Below, one piece after another: positions 35,190-43,429 of a stretch of DNA of 64,000 nucleotides. This DNA comes from an uncultured Candidatus Saccharibacteria bacterium. Its GTDB lineage: Bacteria > Patescibacteriota > Saccharimonadia > Saccharimonadales > EFPC-124. A program made the translations under genes and the position numbers. Every line of letters begins with the position of its first letter. Position 1 is the first letter of the stretch. The notes under the pieces are model-generated. The model was not told the DNA's origin and searched no databases. It was given only the letters and a program-made list of their open reading frames with translations. The stretch covers positions 5,080 to 69,079 of the forward strand of contig CAYOML010000004.1 in NCBI GenBank assembly GCA_964405095.1, given 5' to 3'.

Positions 35190-35719
35190 TAGTTACCTCC
35201 ACCCGAAGGCTTGGGCAAAGTAGGTTGAAGGGCTAACAACGCCTTACGGAATTGGCCGAGTGCTTTTTCGCCCTTAGTTACCTCAACACCTACACCCGCC
35301 CGCAGCACCCTAACCTTCTCGAGTGACTGAGCAAAGTCGGAGGCACGGTCGTTACAGTCAATTTGGCGCAAGGCCGACATGCTATCGTCATAACGCACAT
35401 AGGCATCACGGAATGCCAGCACTGCGGCTCTGAAGTCGGCAACAGACACATCAAATGTAGTGCTGGATAGGTTGTTGTGGTGCAGACGCGTAATTAAGGC
35501 GCTAATTTGGCGATTAACGTTTTCGTACTCGCGGCCGCGGTTGGTGCGCGCCACAAGATCACGGCGTTGTAGTTGATCGAGGCTGGTTTGTAACACCGTG
35601 CAACGCTGTTGGATTGCCGCCAAACGGCTGGCATCCAAAATATCTTGAGAGTGCGCAACGAGCGGCACAGCCAAAAAGGCCACAACAACGGTCATAACGA
35701 GGAAGCGTTTAAAAATCAT
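35189..35719 (-). CDS. hypothetical secreted helical protein
   Basis: 176 aa. Signal-peptide-like N-terminus (FLVMTVVVAFLAVPLVAHS). Confidence 0.55.
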   Translation of the reverse strand: MIFKRFLVMTVVVAFLAVPLVAHSQDILDASRLAAIQQRCTVLQTSLDQLQRRDLVARTNRGREYENVNRQISALITRLHHNNLSSTTFDVSVADFRAAVLAFRDAYVRYDDSMSALRQIDCNDRASDFAQSLEKVRVLRAGVGVEVTKGEKALGQFRKALLALQPTLPKPSGGGN

Positions 35720-35763
35720 CTATATCTAGGCTAGGCTAGGCAGATGGCCATGTCAAATCCTGT

Positions 35764-35918
35764 AGATCTGAATCTCAAAACCCTAATACATATGGCTGGG
35801 TCCTGCCGAGCGGTCCGCCCCTAGTTTGTATTTTTTTGGAAAATACCAAAAAAATAAAACCTGGGGCCGCCCCGCCGCTCGTCACCCCCTTGTTTATGGG
35901 GTTTTGAGAGTCAGATCT
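35764..35918 (-). repeat. palindromic intergenic element, copy B (full length, opposite orientation)
   Basis: Terminal arms AGATCTGAATCTCAAAACCC / GGGTTTTGAGAGTCAGATCT (1 mismatch). The core matches copies A, C and D when reverse-complemented. Confidence 0.85.
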
Positions 35919-35940
35919 GTAGCATATGGCCCATTGGTCG

Positions 35941-37830
35941 TTAATTAAGCGCAAAATATCCTGGCGGTGAGACGAAGGCATTCACAGGCACACTGACGTT
36001 GGCTATCTTCTTCGGTTTGCCGCCAAGGAGAGACAGAGCATAATCGGCTGTCTGGCCGCCGTCTGCCACCCGAAAGACAATCGTATTCCCCACCCAGTGA
36101 AGTGGTCCGCGGATTGCTGCCGAGCTATACAATCTGCGTTCTTGGCCGGTCGCCACGTTTTTTACCAGCAATGTTGTGACACCGTCGATCTTATCAACCA
36201 ATAGTCGTGTCTGGCCGTCAGTACTTGGCGATGACAAATAAACCCGGCTAGCACTACCTGGCGCCACGCTGTTCTTTACCTGGCCAGTATTGGCGTTGTA
36301 TTCGTGCCAATCACCAGAGCCAGTTTGATAGGCAAACCTATCGAAATCGCTTTGGGTCAGCTGCAAAAGACCATAGCCCAGATTTTTTTCGGTGCCGCCT
36401 TTTACCGGTACAACTCGTAATTCTGGGCCAGTGTCGTAGCCCTCTTCGCCAACAGTAAAACCGTAAGAATACACCACATTGCCTAGTGCCACCCGTGCAA
36501 TATCGAACCGCGACCCAGTACTTAGATCTTTGCGCTTGCCAGTCACCACATCAACGCTAACCAAGCGCTGCGAGCTCGCTGTACTTTTCGGCAACCGCTC
36601 GCCAACCGTATACACTAGCGACTCACCCGACCAATCTATAAAGCCAAACCATTGGCCGGAGTCGACTGCTATTACCTTTTTACTGGTCAGATTAATTACA
36701 TATAGCTTTTGTAACAGTGTACCCTGTGTATCGTGCGTGCCGTCACGGGTCGTGGCTACCACGGCGTATGTACCACCGGGATTATAGGTAACATTCAGAC
36801 CGGCGGTTTCTAGGGTACTGGCACTCATCACTTCACTAGGCAGGCTGCCATCGAGTCGGCTGCCATACACCACAGGACTGCCTGAACGCTGGCTAATAAA
36901 GTAGTGGCGGCCGCTAGGCACAAAGGTCACAGTTTGGACACCGCCAAGTGTAAGCTCAAATTCTTTATCTGTGTAAGCACCGCCGAACACAGCCTTGATT
37001 TTAGCCACCTTAGCCTCGGAGGCTGGCAGGCGTAGACTGACCATACCTTTATCATCTGGCGTGGTCACTGTGTCACCTACGCTGAACTTACCAAAGGTTA
37101 TGGGCTGGTCGCTCAACCAGTCACGCACTTGGAATTTGAGAGGCACACCAACGGCTTTAAGGTGGATTTTGACCTCCCGGACAGCCGTGTCTTGTTTGGA
37201 GCCGCCGAGCAGGTGGAAGAAAGGGTCAAAATCGAGATCTACCTCTGTTGTGACTGGTTCGTAGCCGGTTTTTTTGGCAGTGATTTGTAGTGTGCCGTAT
37301 TGCTGTTGGGTATCTAGCTTACCTTCATCGTTGGTCTGCTTTGTCGTGCCATTGAGCTCGACAGTCACCTTCTTAATAATGGCGCTGGGTTGGCCTGGCT
37401 CGACCTGGGTGTCGGTTGTTATGTGCACCGTTGTGCGCAAACCAACCAGATTCACCAGGAATATCCGGCTTGGAGTTATGAACCACGCTAGTAACAAGAT
37501 GGCTATGCTAGCGGCAGCCGTCAGCAGCCAAAATTTTGGGCGCTTAAAAAACGGTGGGCGGTCTTGGGGATGGAGTTCGACGTGCAGCGAGCTATCTGAC
37601 GGCACAGCCACGTCTTCGGCCTCGGCCGTATCAGTAGCATTGGCGGCCTGTCGTAACTCGTCATCACTGGCACCAATATCATCGGTCTCGGCACCGGGTT
37701 GACGCGGATCAGGCGGTGTCTCGGGCTGACTCTCAACATCCACCACCTCTGGCTTAAGTTCTTCAGCATCCAGTTCTTCTTCTAGTTCATCGAGGGTTCT
37801 CGGTGGTTTTGTCTCGTCATCTTCGGGCAT
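35941..37830 (-). CDS. hypothetical membrane-anchored extracytoplasmic protein (acidic N-terminus, Ig-like/propeller-like C-terminal region)
   Basis: 629 aa. Asp/Glu-rich first 90 aa, TM helix FWLLTAAASIAILLLAWFI, then a beta-rich region. No motif recognised. Confidence 0.6.
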   Translation of the reverse strand: MPEDDETKPPRTLDELEEELDAEELKPEVVDVESQPETPPDPRQPGAETDDIGASDDELRQAANATDTAEAEDVAVPSDSSLHVELHPQDRPPFFKRPKFWLLTAAASIAILLLAWFITPSRIFLVNLVGLRTTVHITTDTQVEPGQPSAIIKKVTVELNGTTKQTNDEGKLDTQQQYGTLQITAKKTGYEPVTTEVDLDFDPFFHLLGGSKQDTAVREVKIHLKAVGVPLKFQVRDWLSDQPITFGKFSVGDTVTTPDDKGMVSLRLPASEAKVAKIKAVFGGAYTDKEFELTLGGVQTVTFVPSGRHYFISQRSGSPVVYGSRLDGSLPSEVMSASTLETAGLNVTYNPGGTYAVVATTRDGTHDTQGTLLQKLYVINLTSKKVIAVDSGQWFGFIDWSGESLVYTVGERLPKSTASSQRLVSVDVVTGKRKDLSTGSRFDIARVALGNVVYSYGFTVGEEGYDTGPELRVVPVKGGTEKNLGYGLLQLTQSDFDRFAYQTGSGDWHEYNANTGQVKNSVAPGSASRVYLSSPSTDGQTRLLVDKIDGVTTLLVKNVATGQERRLYSSAAIRGPLHWVGNTIVFRVADGGQTADYALSLLGGKPKKIANVSVPVNAFVSPPGYFALN

Positions 37831-37876
37831 ATTGGTTATCCTTAAAAACTAATCCTAGTATAAACTACTTAGTGTA

Positions 37877-38497
37877 ATGACCGCACAATCAACCACCCAC
37901 CTTGCCACCCACGATCAAGTTCTAGCTCGGCTGATCGCCACACATGGCCCCTTCACACCTAGGCCGCACACCGATTACTACTGGGAGTTGGTTGATTCGA
38001 TCATCAGCCAGCAGCTGAGCATTAAGGCCGCGCGCACCATCGTACAACGCTTTTTAGCACTATTTAATGGGGAAGTTCCGAATGCCGAACAACTGCTAGA
38101 TAAAACACCTGAGCAGTTACGCGCTGTGGGCATGTCAGGTGCCAAAAGCCGCTATGTTCTAGACCTTGCACAGCACGTGCACGACGGCAGATTACAAGTC
38201 AAAAAACTACCAGAACTCAGTAATGAAGAAGTTATCAAGGAGCTGGTGGCGGTTAAAGGCATTGGCGAGTGGACCGCCCACATGTTTTTAATCTTCGCAC
38301 TGGGGCGGCTTGACATTTTACCAGTTGGCGACCTTGGTTTTCGGGCTGGCTTGCAAAAACTCTATGCTTTTGACCACCTGCCAAGCGCCGCCGAAATCCA
38401 CCAGCTGGCCACTGACCATCACTGGCACCCTTACGAAAGCGTCGCTACCTGGTATATCTGGCAGTCACTCGACAACGCACCAAAGGTTGGAACATAG
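37877..38497 (+). CDS. alkA: DNA-3-methyladenine glycosylase II (AlkA-type HhH-GPD)
   Basis: SIISQQLSIKAARTI...LRAVGMSGAKSRYVLDLA...LVAVKGIGEWTAHMFLIFALGRLDILPVGDLG is the canonical HhH-GPD with the catalytic Asp. Confidence 0.8.
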   Translation: MTAQSTTHLATHDQVLARLIATHGPFTPRPHTDYYWELVDSIISQQLSIKAARTIVQRFLALFNGEVPNAEQLLDKTPEQLRAVGMSGAKSRYVLDLAQHVHDGRLQVKKLPELSNEEVIKELVAVKGIGEWTAHMFLIFALGRLDILPVGDLGFRAGLQKLYAFDHLPSAAEIHQLATDHHWHPYESVATWYIWQSLDNAPKVGT

Positions 38498-38640
38498 AAC
38501 TCATTTCAAAACCCATCAAAAAGGGGGTGACACGCGGCGGGGCTGCCCCAAAGTTTTTTATGGTATTACCCCATAAAAAATCTTTAGGGGCGGACCGCGT
38601 GGCAGGACCCAGCCATAAGAATTAAGGTTTTGAAATAAAC
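38498..38640 (+). repeat. palindromic intergenic element, copy C
   Basis: ATTTCAAAACC...GGTTTTGAAAT ends with the same core as copies A and D. It lies between convergent gene ends. Confidence 0.85.
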
Positions 38641-38657
38641 TCTAGAAACCACGATCA

Positions 38658-39398
38658 TTAACTTAACAGTAAGATCAGCCCCGACACACAAATAGTTACC
38701 GCCAGAGCTATTTTCACGAATGCCGCTCCCTGTTTTATGGCTATTCGGCTGCCTATGTATGTCCCAATCGTCGAACCGATTAAACTGGCCACACAATGAG
38801 ACCACACCACTAAGCCTTGGATTGCCAGCAGAACGGCCAGAACGACTGCTTGAACGGCCTGAGCAACACGTTTGGTGGCCGTGGCCTCAAGAGCATTGAG
38901 CCCAAAAGCAAACATTAGAACCAACACTAGAACGATACCTATACCACTACCAACAATGGTCTGAGCAAAGGAAATAAGTGCGTAAACTATAAACCCAAGT
39001 GACATCCAATGATGCGCCCTGGGCCCGGGCTTCAGCGCCCGTTTGTTAATGAACATTAGTGGGGTCATTAGAACTAGAGCCACACCAATCAGTTTTTGGA
39101 ATAGCTCAGGGTCGAGCCTAGGAATCGCCCAGGCCGCAAAAATCGAGCAGACCAGTGTAATTATCATCAGCGGAACGACAAGTTTGCGGTTTACCATCCC
39201 CTCACCCTTAAATGCAGCTACTGAACCGGTAGCTACCCCGAGAGCGCCAAACTTCGAGGTAGCCAAAGCGCTCGCCGGTGCCATACCTAGAAAAATATAA
39301 TATGGCACAAACACCGCTCCACCACCGCCGCCACCGATGCCGGTTAATATGCTCACTGCCAGACTCAACCCAAATGTCAACAATACCAACCAGTCCAT
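38658..39398 (-). CDS. TauE/SafE (TSUP) family anion exporter-like membrane protein
   Basis: 246 aa, about 7-8 TM helices, GIGGGGGGAVFVPYYIFLGM...ATSKF motif. Confidence 0.75.
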   Translation of the reverse strand: MDWLVLLTFGLSLAVSILTGIGGGGGGAVFVPYYIFLGMAPASALATSKFGALGVATGSVAAFKGEGMVNRKLVVPLMIITLVCSIFAAWAIPRLDPELFQKLIGVALVLMTPLMFINKRALKPGPRAHHWMSLGFIVYALISFAQTIVGSGIGIVLVLVLMFAFGLNALEATATKRVAQAVQAVVLAVLLAIQGLVVWSHCVASLIGSTIGTYIGSRIAIKQGAAFVKIALAVTICVSGLILLLS

Positions 39399-39443
39399 GA
39401 TGGTCTCCTAAAACTAGTACCTATAATAGCTCAGTCGATTAGT

Positions 39444-39815
39444 TTAATCTGCTAGCAATTTCTTGATTCGGTCCATGAGTTCTTGAAGCGAGACATCAGA
39501 TTTAACTATAAAATCAATCGCGCCTAGCTCCCTGGTTTCTTCAGCGTCAGTGGCTTGACTCAGGTTAGACAGAATGAGCACCGGGATATTGGCAAGTGCT
39601 GGGTCGGCTTTCATTTCTTTTAGCACGCTAAAGCCGTCTTTTTTGGGCATAATCAAGTCTAGTAAAACTAAGTCGGGCTTGTGAGCCTTAATCTGTTCTA
39701 AGGCCTCCACGCCGTCGTTAGCCACAAAGACTTGGTAGCCAGCGCGGGTTAAACCGTCGTTGTAGGCCAGGGCAATAAACTGTTCGTCGTCGGCAAGTAC
39801 TATTTTTTTAGTCAT
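39444..39815 (-). CDS. stand-alone response-regulator receiver protein
   Basis: 123 aa. DD...D(LLDLIMP)...SNLS...K pattern. No output domain. Confidence 0.85.
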   Translation of the reverse strand: MTKKIVLADDEQFIALAYNDGLTRAGYQVFVANDGVEALEQIKAHKPDLVLLDLIMPKKDGFSVLKEMKADPALANIPVLILSNLSQATDAEETRELGAIDFIVKSDVSLQELMDRIKKLLAD

Positions 39816-39823
39816 AAGTCTCC

Positions 39824-42319
39824 TTAGCTTAGCGTTTTTTCACCTTTTTTAGCTTTCATACCGGCCTCAGGTATAGTGACGTAAAAGGTCGTGCCCTTAC
39901 CTGGCTTAGTTTCGAAACGGGCTTCACCACCAGTGGCATCAATAATTAATTTAACCAAGTATAGTCCCAAGCCAGTGCCCTCACCCTCGACAGCAATGGC
40001 ATTCTCGGCACGGTAAAAGCGCTCAAAAATGTGAGGTTGATCGTCAACTGGGATACCAATGCCATTGTCTTTTACAACCAGCACATGACCACTAGCCTGT
40101 TCCTTGAAGCTGACATCAACCGCACCCTTGCCCTCGACGGTATAACGGATAGCATTGGCCAGCAAGTTATGTATTACCTGACCAAATATTGCTGGGTCAA
40201 GATTAACCTTGGCCTGGCGGCTGTCACGCGTAAAATTAATCGTTACCCGCTTAATATCGGCCATTGGCCTGAGCTCTTCGATGTGTGATTGGATCAGCTC
40301 GTTAATATCGGTTGGTTCGGGTACAACTCGCACTCGGCCTAATTCGACGCGCGATACGTTCAAAATATCACCCACCAGTCGAATCATGCGTGATGTCGAA
40401 AGTTGGATTCGCTGCATGTATTCGTACTGTTTGTCATTAAGCGGCCCGACCTGTTTTTTGACCAACATCTCGCTGAACAGCCTCATGGCAGTCAGCGGCG
40501 TCCGTAGTTGGTGTGAAACTATCGAGATAAACTCATCTTTGGCCAAATCGAGCTGTTCTTGTTGAGTCACGTCGCGGAAAACCACAATTACTCCACGCTG
40601 CTTGCCGTCGGCATCAAACACTGGCGACGCCGAGTCGGCCACCGAGAGTACCACGCCATCCTTGCGAGTCAAAATAGTACCGTGTGCCATCTCGGCCTGA
40701 GACCCACCGAGCGCCCGGCCAATAAACCCGTCGTGTTGGGCCTTAGGATCATCACGGCTACCAAACTTTAAGATCTCGTTGTAGTGCTTACCCAGTACCT
40801 CCGAGCTGACATAGCCACTAAGTTGCTCGGCCTTTCTATTGAACAGGATTATCCGGCTAGCTTCGTCTAGAACAAACACACCATCACCAATGCTCGATAG
40901 GATGGCCTCGTCTTTACTCTTGGTGGCAACTGCTTCATCACGTTCATTCTGCAGGTCTTCGGTCATGGCGTCAGCTAGCTTGAGTGTCCGATCCCTAGCC
41001 CGAATCTGCTGCCAGAAAAGCATAAGCAGCAGCGTTGCCACAATAATCGAGCTGGCAATCGTCGTGCGGATTTGCCGTTGCTCGGTTGCCGTCAACCCAA
41101 AACCCACCGGCACACGACTATCTAGCGTCCAACTGTGACCGGCAATCGTCAATGGTTGCATGTTGGTCAGTGAAACATCAATACTTGTTTGGTCGCCTTG
41201 ACCATACACCAAGCGCGATTCGTCAATTACCCGTAGTGAGTTCTGGCTGGAAGCACTATTGAAAACTGCTTTAAAAAAGTTCTGGTAACTGAAGATTCCG
41301 TTTACGAAGCCGGTGAGTTGTTCGCGTCGTTGATCGACTGTACCGGGTACATTGTGGCGGTAAACCGGTACAGTAACCACAAAGCCCTTAGCCTGGTCAC
41401 CGCGGCTGTCTTTAGTGGCAAGCTCAATGGTGTGGCTGGCTGTGGGCTGTCCACTGTCACGAGCAGCTTGCAGGGTAGCTAACCACACCGGATCAAGCGA
41501 CCGATCAGTACCCTTGGATACCGTTTTTGCGGGCGCGCCAACATAAGTCACTAAGTAATGGTCATTACCTTTAGCATCCGCCACTCGGCGCACATAGTTT
41601 ATAGTTTCTATACCTGGGTAGCGATTGAGAGTATTAAGGGATGAAAAGTAGGTTGTAAACTCACTCTCCTCCACAGCATTACTGGAATCAAACAGGCCTC
41701 TAAAACCAATCAGGGCGTCGATGTAAGCCTGCACTCGATCTTTTAGTGATTCGTGCAGACTGGTGAGTTCCTTGTCGAAATTAGTTTGGGCTTGGTTATC
41801 AAGCCTATCCTGTGCCTGCTGCCAGGAGTTATAGGCCGAAAACCCAACCAGCATCAATACAATGAGGATAACCCAGCCAGACACCGAAATACGGCGCAAG
41901 CGTTCAATCAGGCCACTTTGAACCCGGCTCCCGGCCTTGGGGTCGCTTAACCATTGCAGCGCTTTCGTAGCTTTCGTAAAATAATGAACCTTTGTGCCCA
42001 CACCAGTAATCCGTAAAACATAAGACACAATTGGTCGCAAATAACGGTTGCCGACCACCGCAACGGCATCAAAGTCGGTGCCTAAGAACTCCTTGGCCTG
42101 GCTGCGCGTAGCACTATCAGTACTTTTAACTTCGCTAAGATCAATGAAAATCGCTACCCGTTTGCCCTCGCTCCGGAATTTAGCTACTAACGGCTTGTTG
42201 GCCTCACGCATCGCAACAATCGTGCCGGCTGTCTGACGGCCGTGTAGTACATGGCGAATAATCCCCTGTTCGTCGATGTATATCTGGTTATCCTGCAGGC
42301 TCGACAAGTCTTTGGCCAT
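39824..42319 (-). CDS. sensor histidine kinase (N-terminal STAS-like module, TM-bounded extracytoplasmic domain, PAS, HisKA, HATPase_c)
   Basis: H-box SIVSHQLRTPLT, N-box LLANAIRYT, G-boxes DNGIGIP / GTGLGLYL. TM helices lie near aa 150 and 420. A PAS-like segment covers aa 470-580. Confidence 0.85.
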   Translation of the reverse strand: MAKDLSSLQDNQIYIDEQGIIRHVLHGRQTAGTIVAMREANKPLVAKFRSEGKRVAIFIDLSEVKSTDSATRSQAKEFLGTDFDAVAVVGNRYLRPIVSYVLRITGVGTKVHYFTKATKALQWLSDPKAGSRVQSGLIERLRRISVSGWVILIVLMLVGFSAYNSWQQAQDRLDNQAQTNFDKELTSLHESLKDRVQAYIDALIGFRGLFDSSNAVEESEFTTYFSSLNTLNRYPGIETINYVRRVADAKGNDHYLVTYVGAPAKTVSKGTDRSLDPVWLATLQAARDSGQPTASHTIELATKDSRGDQAKGFVVTVPVYRHNVPGTVDQRREQLTGFVNGIFSYQNFFKAVFNSASSQNSLRVIDESRLVYGQGDQTSIDVSLTNMQPLTIAGHSWTLDSRVPVGFGLTATEQRQIRTTIASSIIVATLLLMLFWQQIRARDRTLKLADAMTEDLQNERDEAVATKSKDEAILSSIGDGVFVLDEASRIILFNRKAEQLSGYVSSEVLGKHYNEILKFGSRDDPKAQHDGFIGRALGGSQAEMAHGTILTRKDGVVLSVADSASPVFDADGKQRGVIVVFRDVTQQEQLDLAKDEFISIVSHQLRTPLTAMRLFSEMLVKKQVGPLNDKQYEYMQRIQLSTSRMIRLVGDILNVSRVELGRVRVVPEPTDINELIQSHIEELRPMADIKRVTINFTRDSRQAKVNLDPAIFGQVIHNLLANAIRYTVEGKGAVDVSFKEQASGHVLVVKDNGIGIPVDDQPHIFERFYRAENAIAVEGEGTGLGLYLVKLIIDATGGEARFETKPGKGTTFYVTIPEAGMKAKKGEKTLS

Positions 42320-42350
42320 AATCCTTATGATATCAAACCCGCTTAAGCTT

Positions 42351-42719
42351 CTAGCTGATTAATTCCCCAATCTTCTCAACTAGTTCATGCAAGGCAATAT
42401 CGGTTTTAACTACAAAATCGACTGCACCGTATTTTTTCGCTTCCTCGACATTGGATGGTTGGCTAAGGTTAGAAACCATCAATACAGGGATAGCCTTGAG
42501 TTCGGGCACAGCTTTAAGCTCTTTTAACACCGTCAGGCCATCCTTATGCGGCATGATGATATCGAGCACCACAATATCGGGCATCACCTTCTTGATGAGC
42601 GGTATGGCTTCTTCGCCGTCCCTAGCCACCGAAACAGCATAGCCGGCATGTGTCAGAGCGTCAGTGTAGGCAATTGTGGCGAATGGTTCGTCATCTACCA
42701 ACACAATTTTCTTGGGCAT
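42351..42719 (-). CDS. stand-alone response-regulator receiver protein
   Basis: 122 aa. Close paralog of the 39444-39815 protein (KKIVL.DDE....AY.D.L..AGY.V...DG.EA...). Confidence 0.85.
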   Translation of the reverse strand: MPKKIVLVDDEPFATIAYTDALTHAGYAVSVARDGEEAIPLIKKVMPDIVVLDIIMPHKDGLTVLKELKAVPELKAIPVLMVSNLSQPSNVEEAKKYGAVDFVVKTDIALHELVEKIGELIS

Positions 42720-42781
42720 ATTAGCTCCTCTATACCCAGCTTAGCATAATGGTTTTGTTTTTGTTGATGGGCCAGAGACGC

Positions 42782-43176
42782 TTATTCGCGGCTGGTTTTT
42801 TTACTATGCATCTGTAACCAAATGGTTATCTCGTGAACAGATGTATGATCTGTCGCAATCAGTATCGCAAAATCTTCCAGTTCTTTTGATGTGGCAGTTA
42901 GCCCGCTACCATTACGCATTAAAAAGATACCGCAGACCGTCACAGCCGTACGTTTATTCCCATCGACAAATGGATGGTCAGCGATGATATTACGTAGATA
43001 AACCGCAGCTTTTTCATATATACCTTTGTACTGTTCTTCACCAAACACCGCCTGCTTTGGGGCACCGACAACCGATGCCAGCCGTCCCTCATCACGCACA
43101 CCGTGTGAGCCACCAAAAGCCTCAACCACCTGAAAATGTAACTCAGTATTTCTTCCAAATCAAGATAGCGAGTCAT
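42782..43176 (-). pseudogene. doc: Doc (Fic-fold death-on-curing) toxin gene interrupted by a 1-nt frameshift
   Basis: The ATG at 43176 overlaps the antitoxin stop (ATGA) and encodes MTRYLDLEEILS. The Doc body (HFQVVEAFGGSHGVRDEG...HPFVDGNKRT) continues in another frame from about 43135. Adding one T in AGTTACAT would restore ...EEILSLHFQVVEAFGG. Confidence 0.7.
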
Positions 43177-43394
43177 TTGTTGGCAAGATTTTTGAGTGTT
43201 TGACCATACTGACTAACGAAACGATCATACTCTTTCATTAGATTGTCGTGTTTTTTCTGCCCTGCCACTTCAATCGTAACTCGAATCTCATCACCATAAG
43301 TGATATTTTCGCGTTTTAACTCCTTGGCTGGAATGGTTACTCCGCCGCTGGAGCCAATCTTAATGACTTTTTGGATGCTTTGAATCATGCTCAT
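43173..43394 (-). CDS. AbrB/SpoVT-type antitoxin (Phd-like partner of Doc)
   Basis: 73 aa. IKIGSSGGVTIPAKELKRENITYGDEIRV is a looped-hinge-helix (SpoVT-AbrB) motif. It sits immediately upstream of doc. Confidence 0.7.
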   Translation of the reverse strand: MSMIQSIQKVIKIGSSGGVTIPAKELKRENITYGDEIRVTIEVAGQKKHDNLMKEYDRFVSQYGQTLKNLANK

Positions 43395-43429
43395 ATTATA
43401 ACAACCTTATAATATTTTTAACACCCGCT

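Noticed and set aside
35790-35822. Conserved 10-codon mini-ORF inside the palindromic elements (MAGSC[RHP][ALV]VRP*, present in all four copies)
   Set aside because: There is no Shine-Dalgarno sequence. The variable codons coincide exactly with the compensatory stem box. Conservation is fully explained by the nucleotide-level palindrome.
34496-38805. ORFs 34496-34759 (-), 35775-35981 (-), 38310-38576 (+) and 38584-38805 (-)
   Set aside because: Each derives most of its length from a palindromic element copy or from the antisense of a well-supported neighbouring gene.
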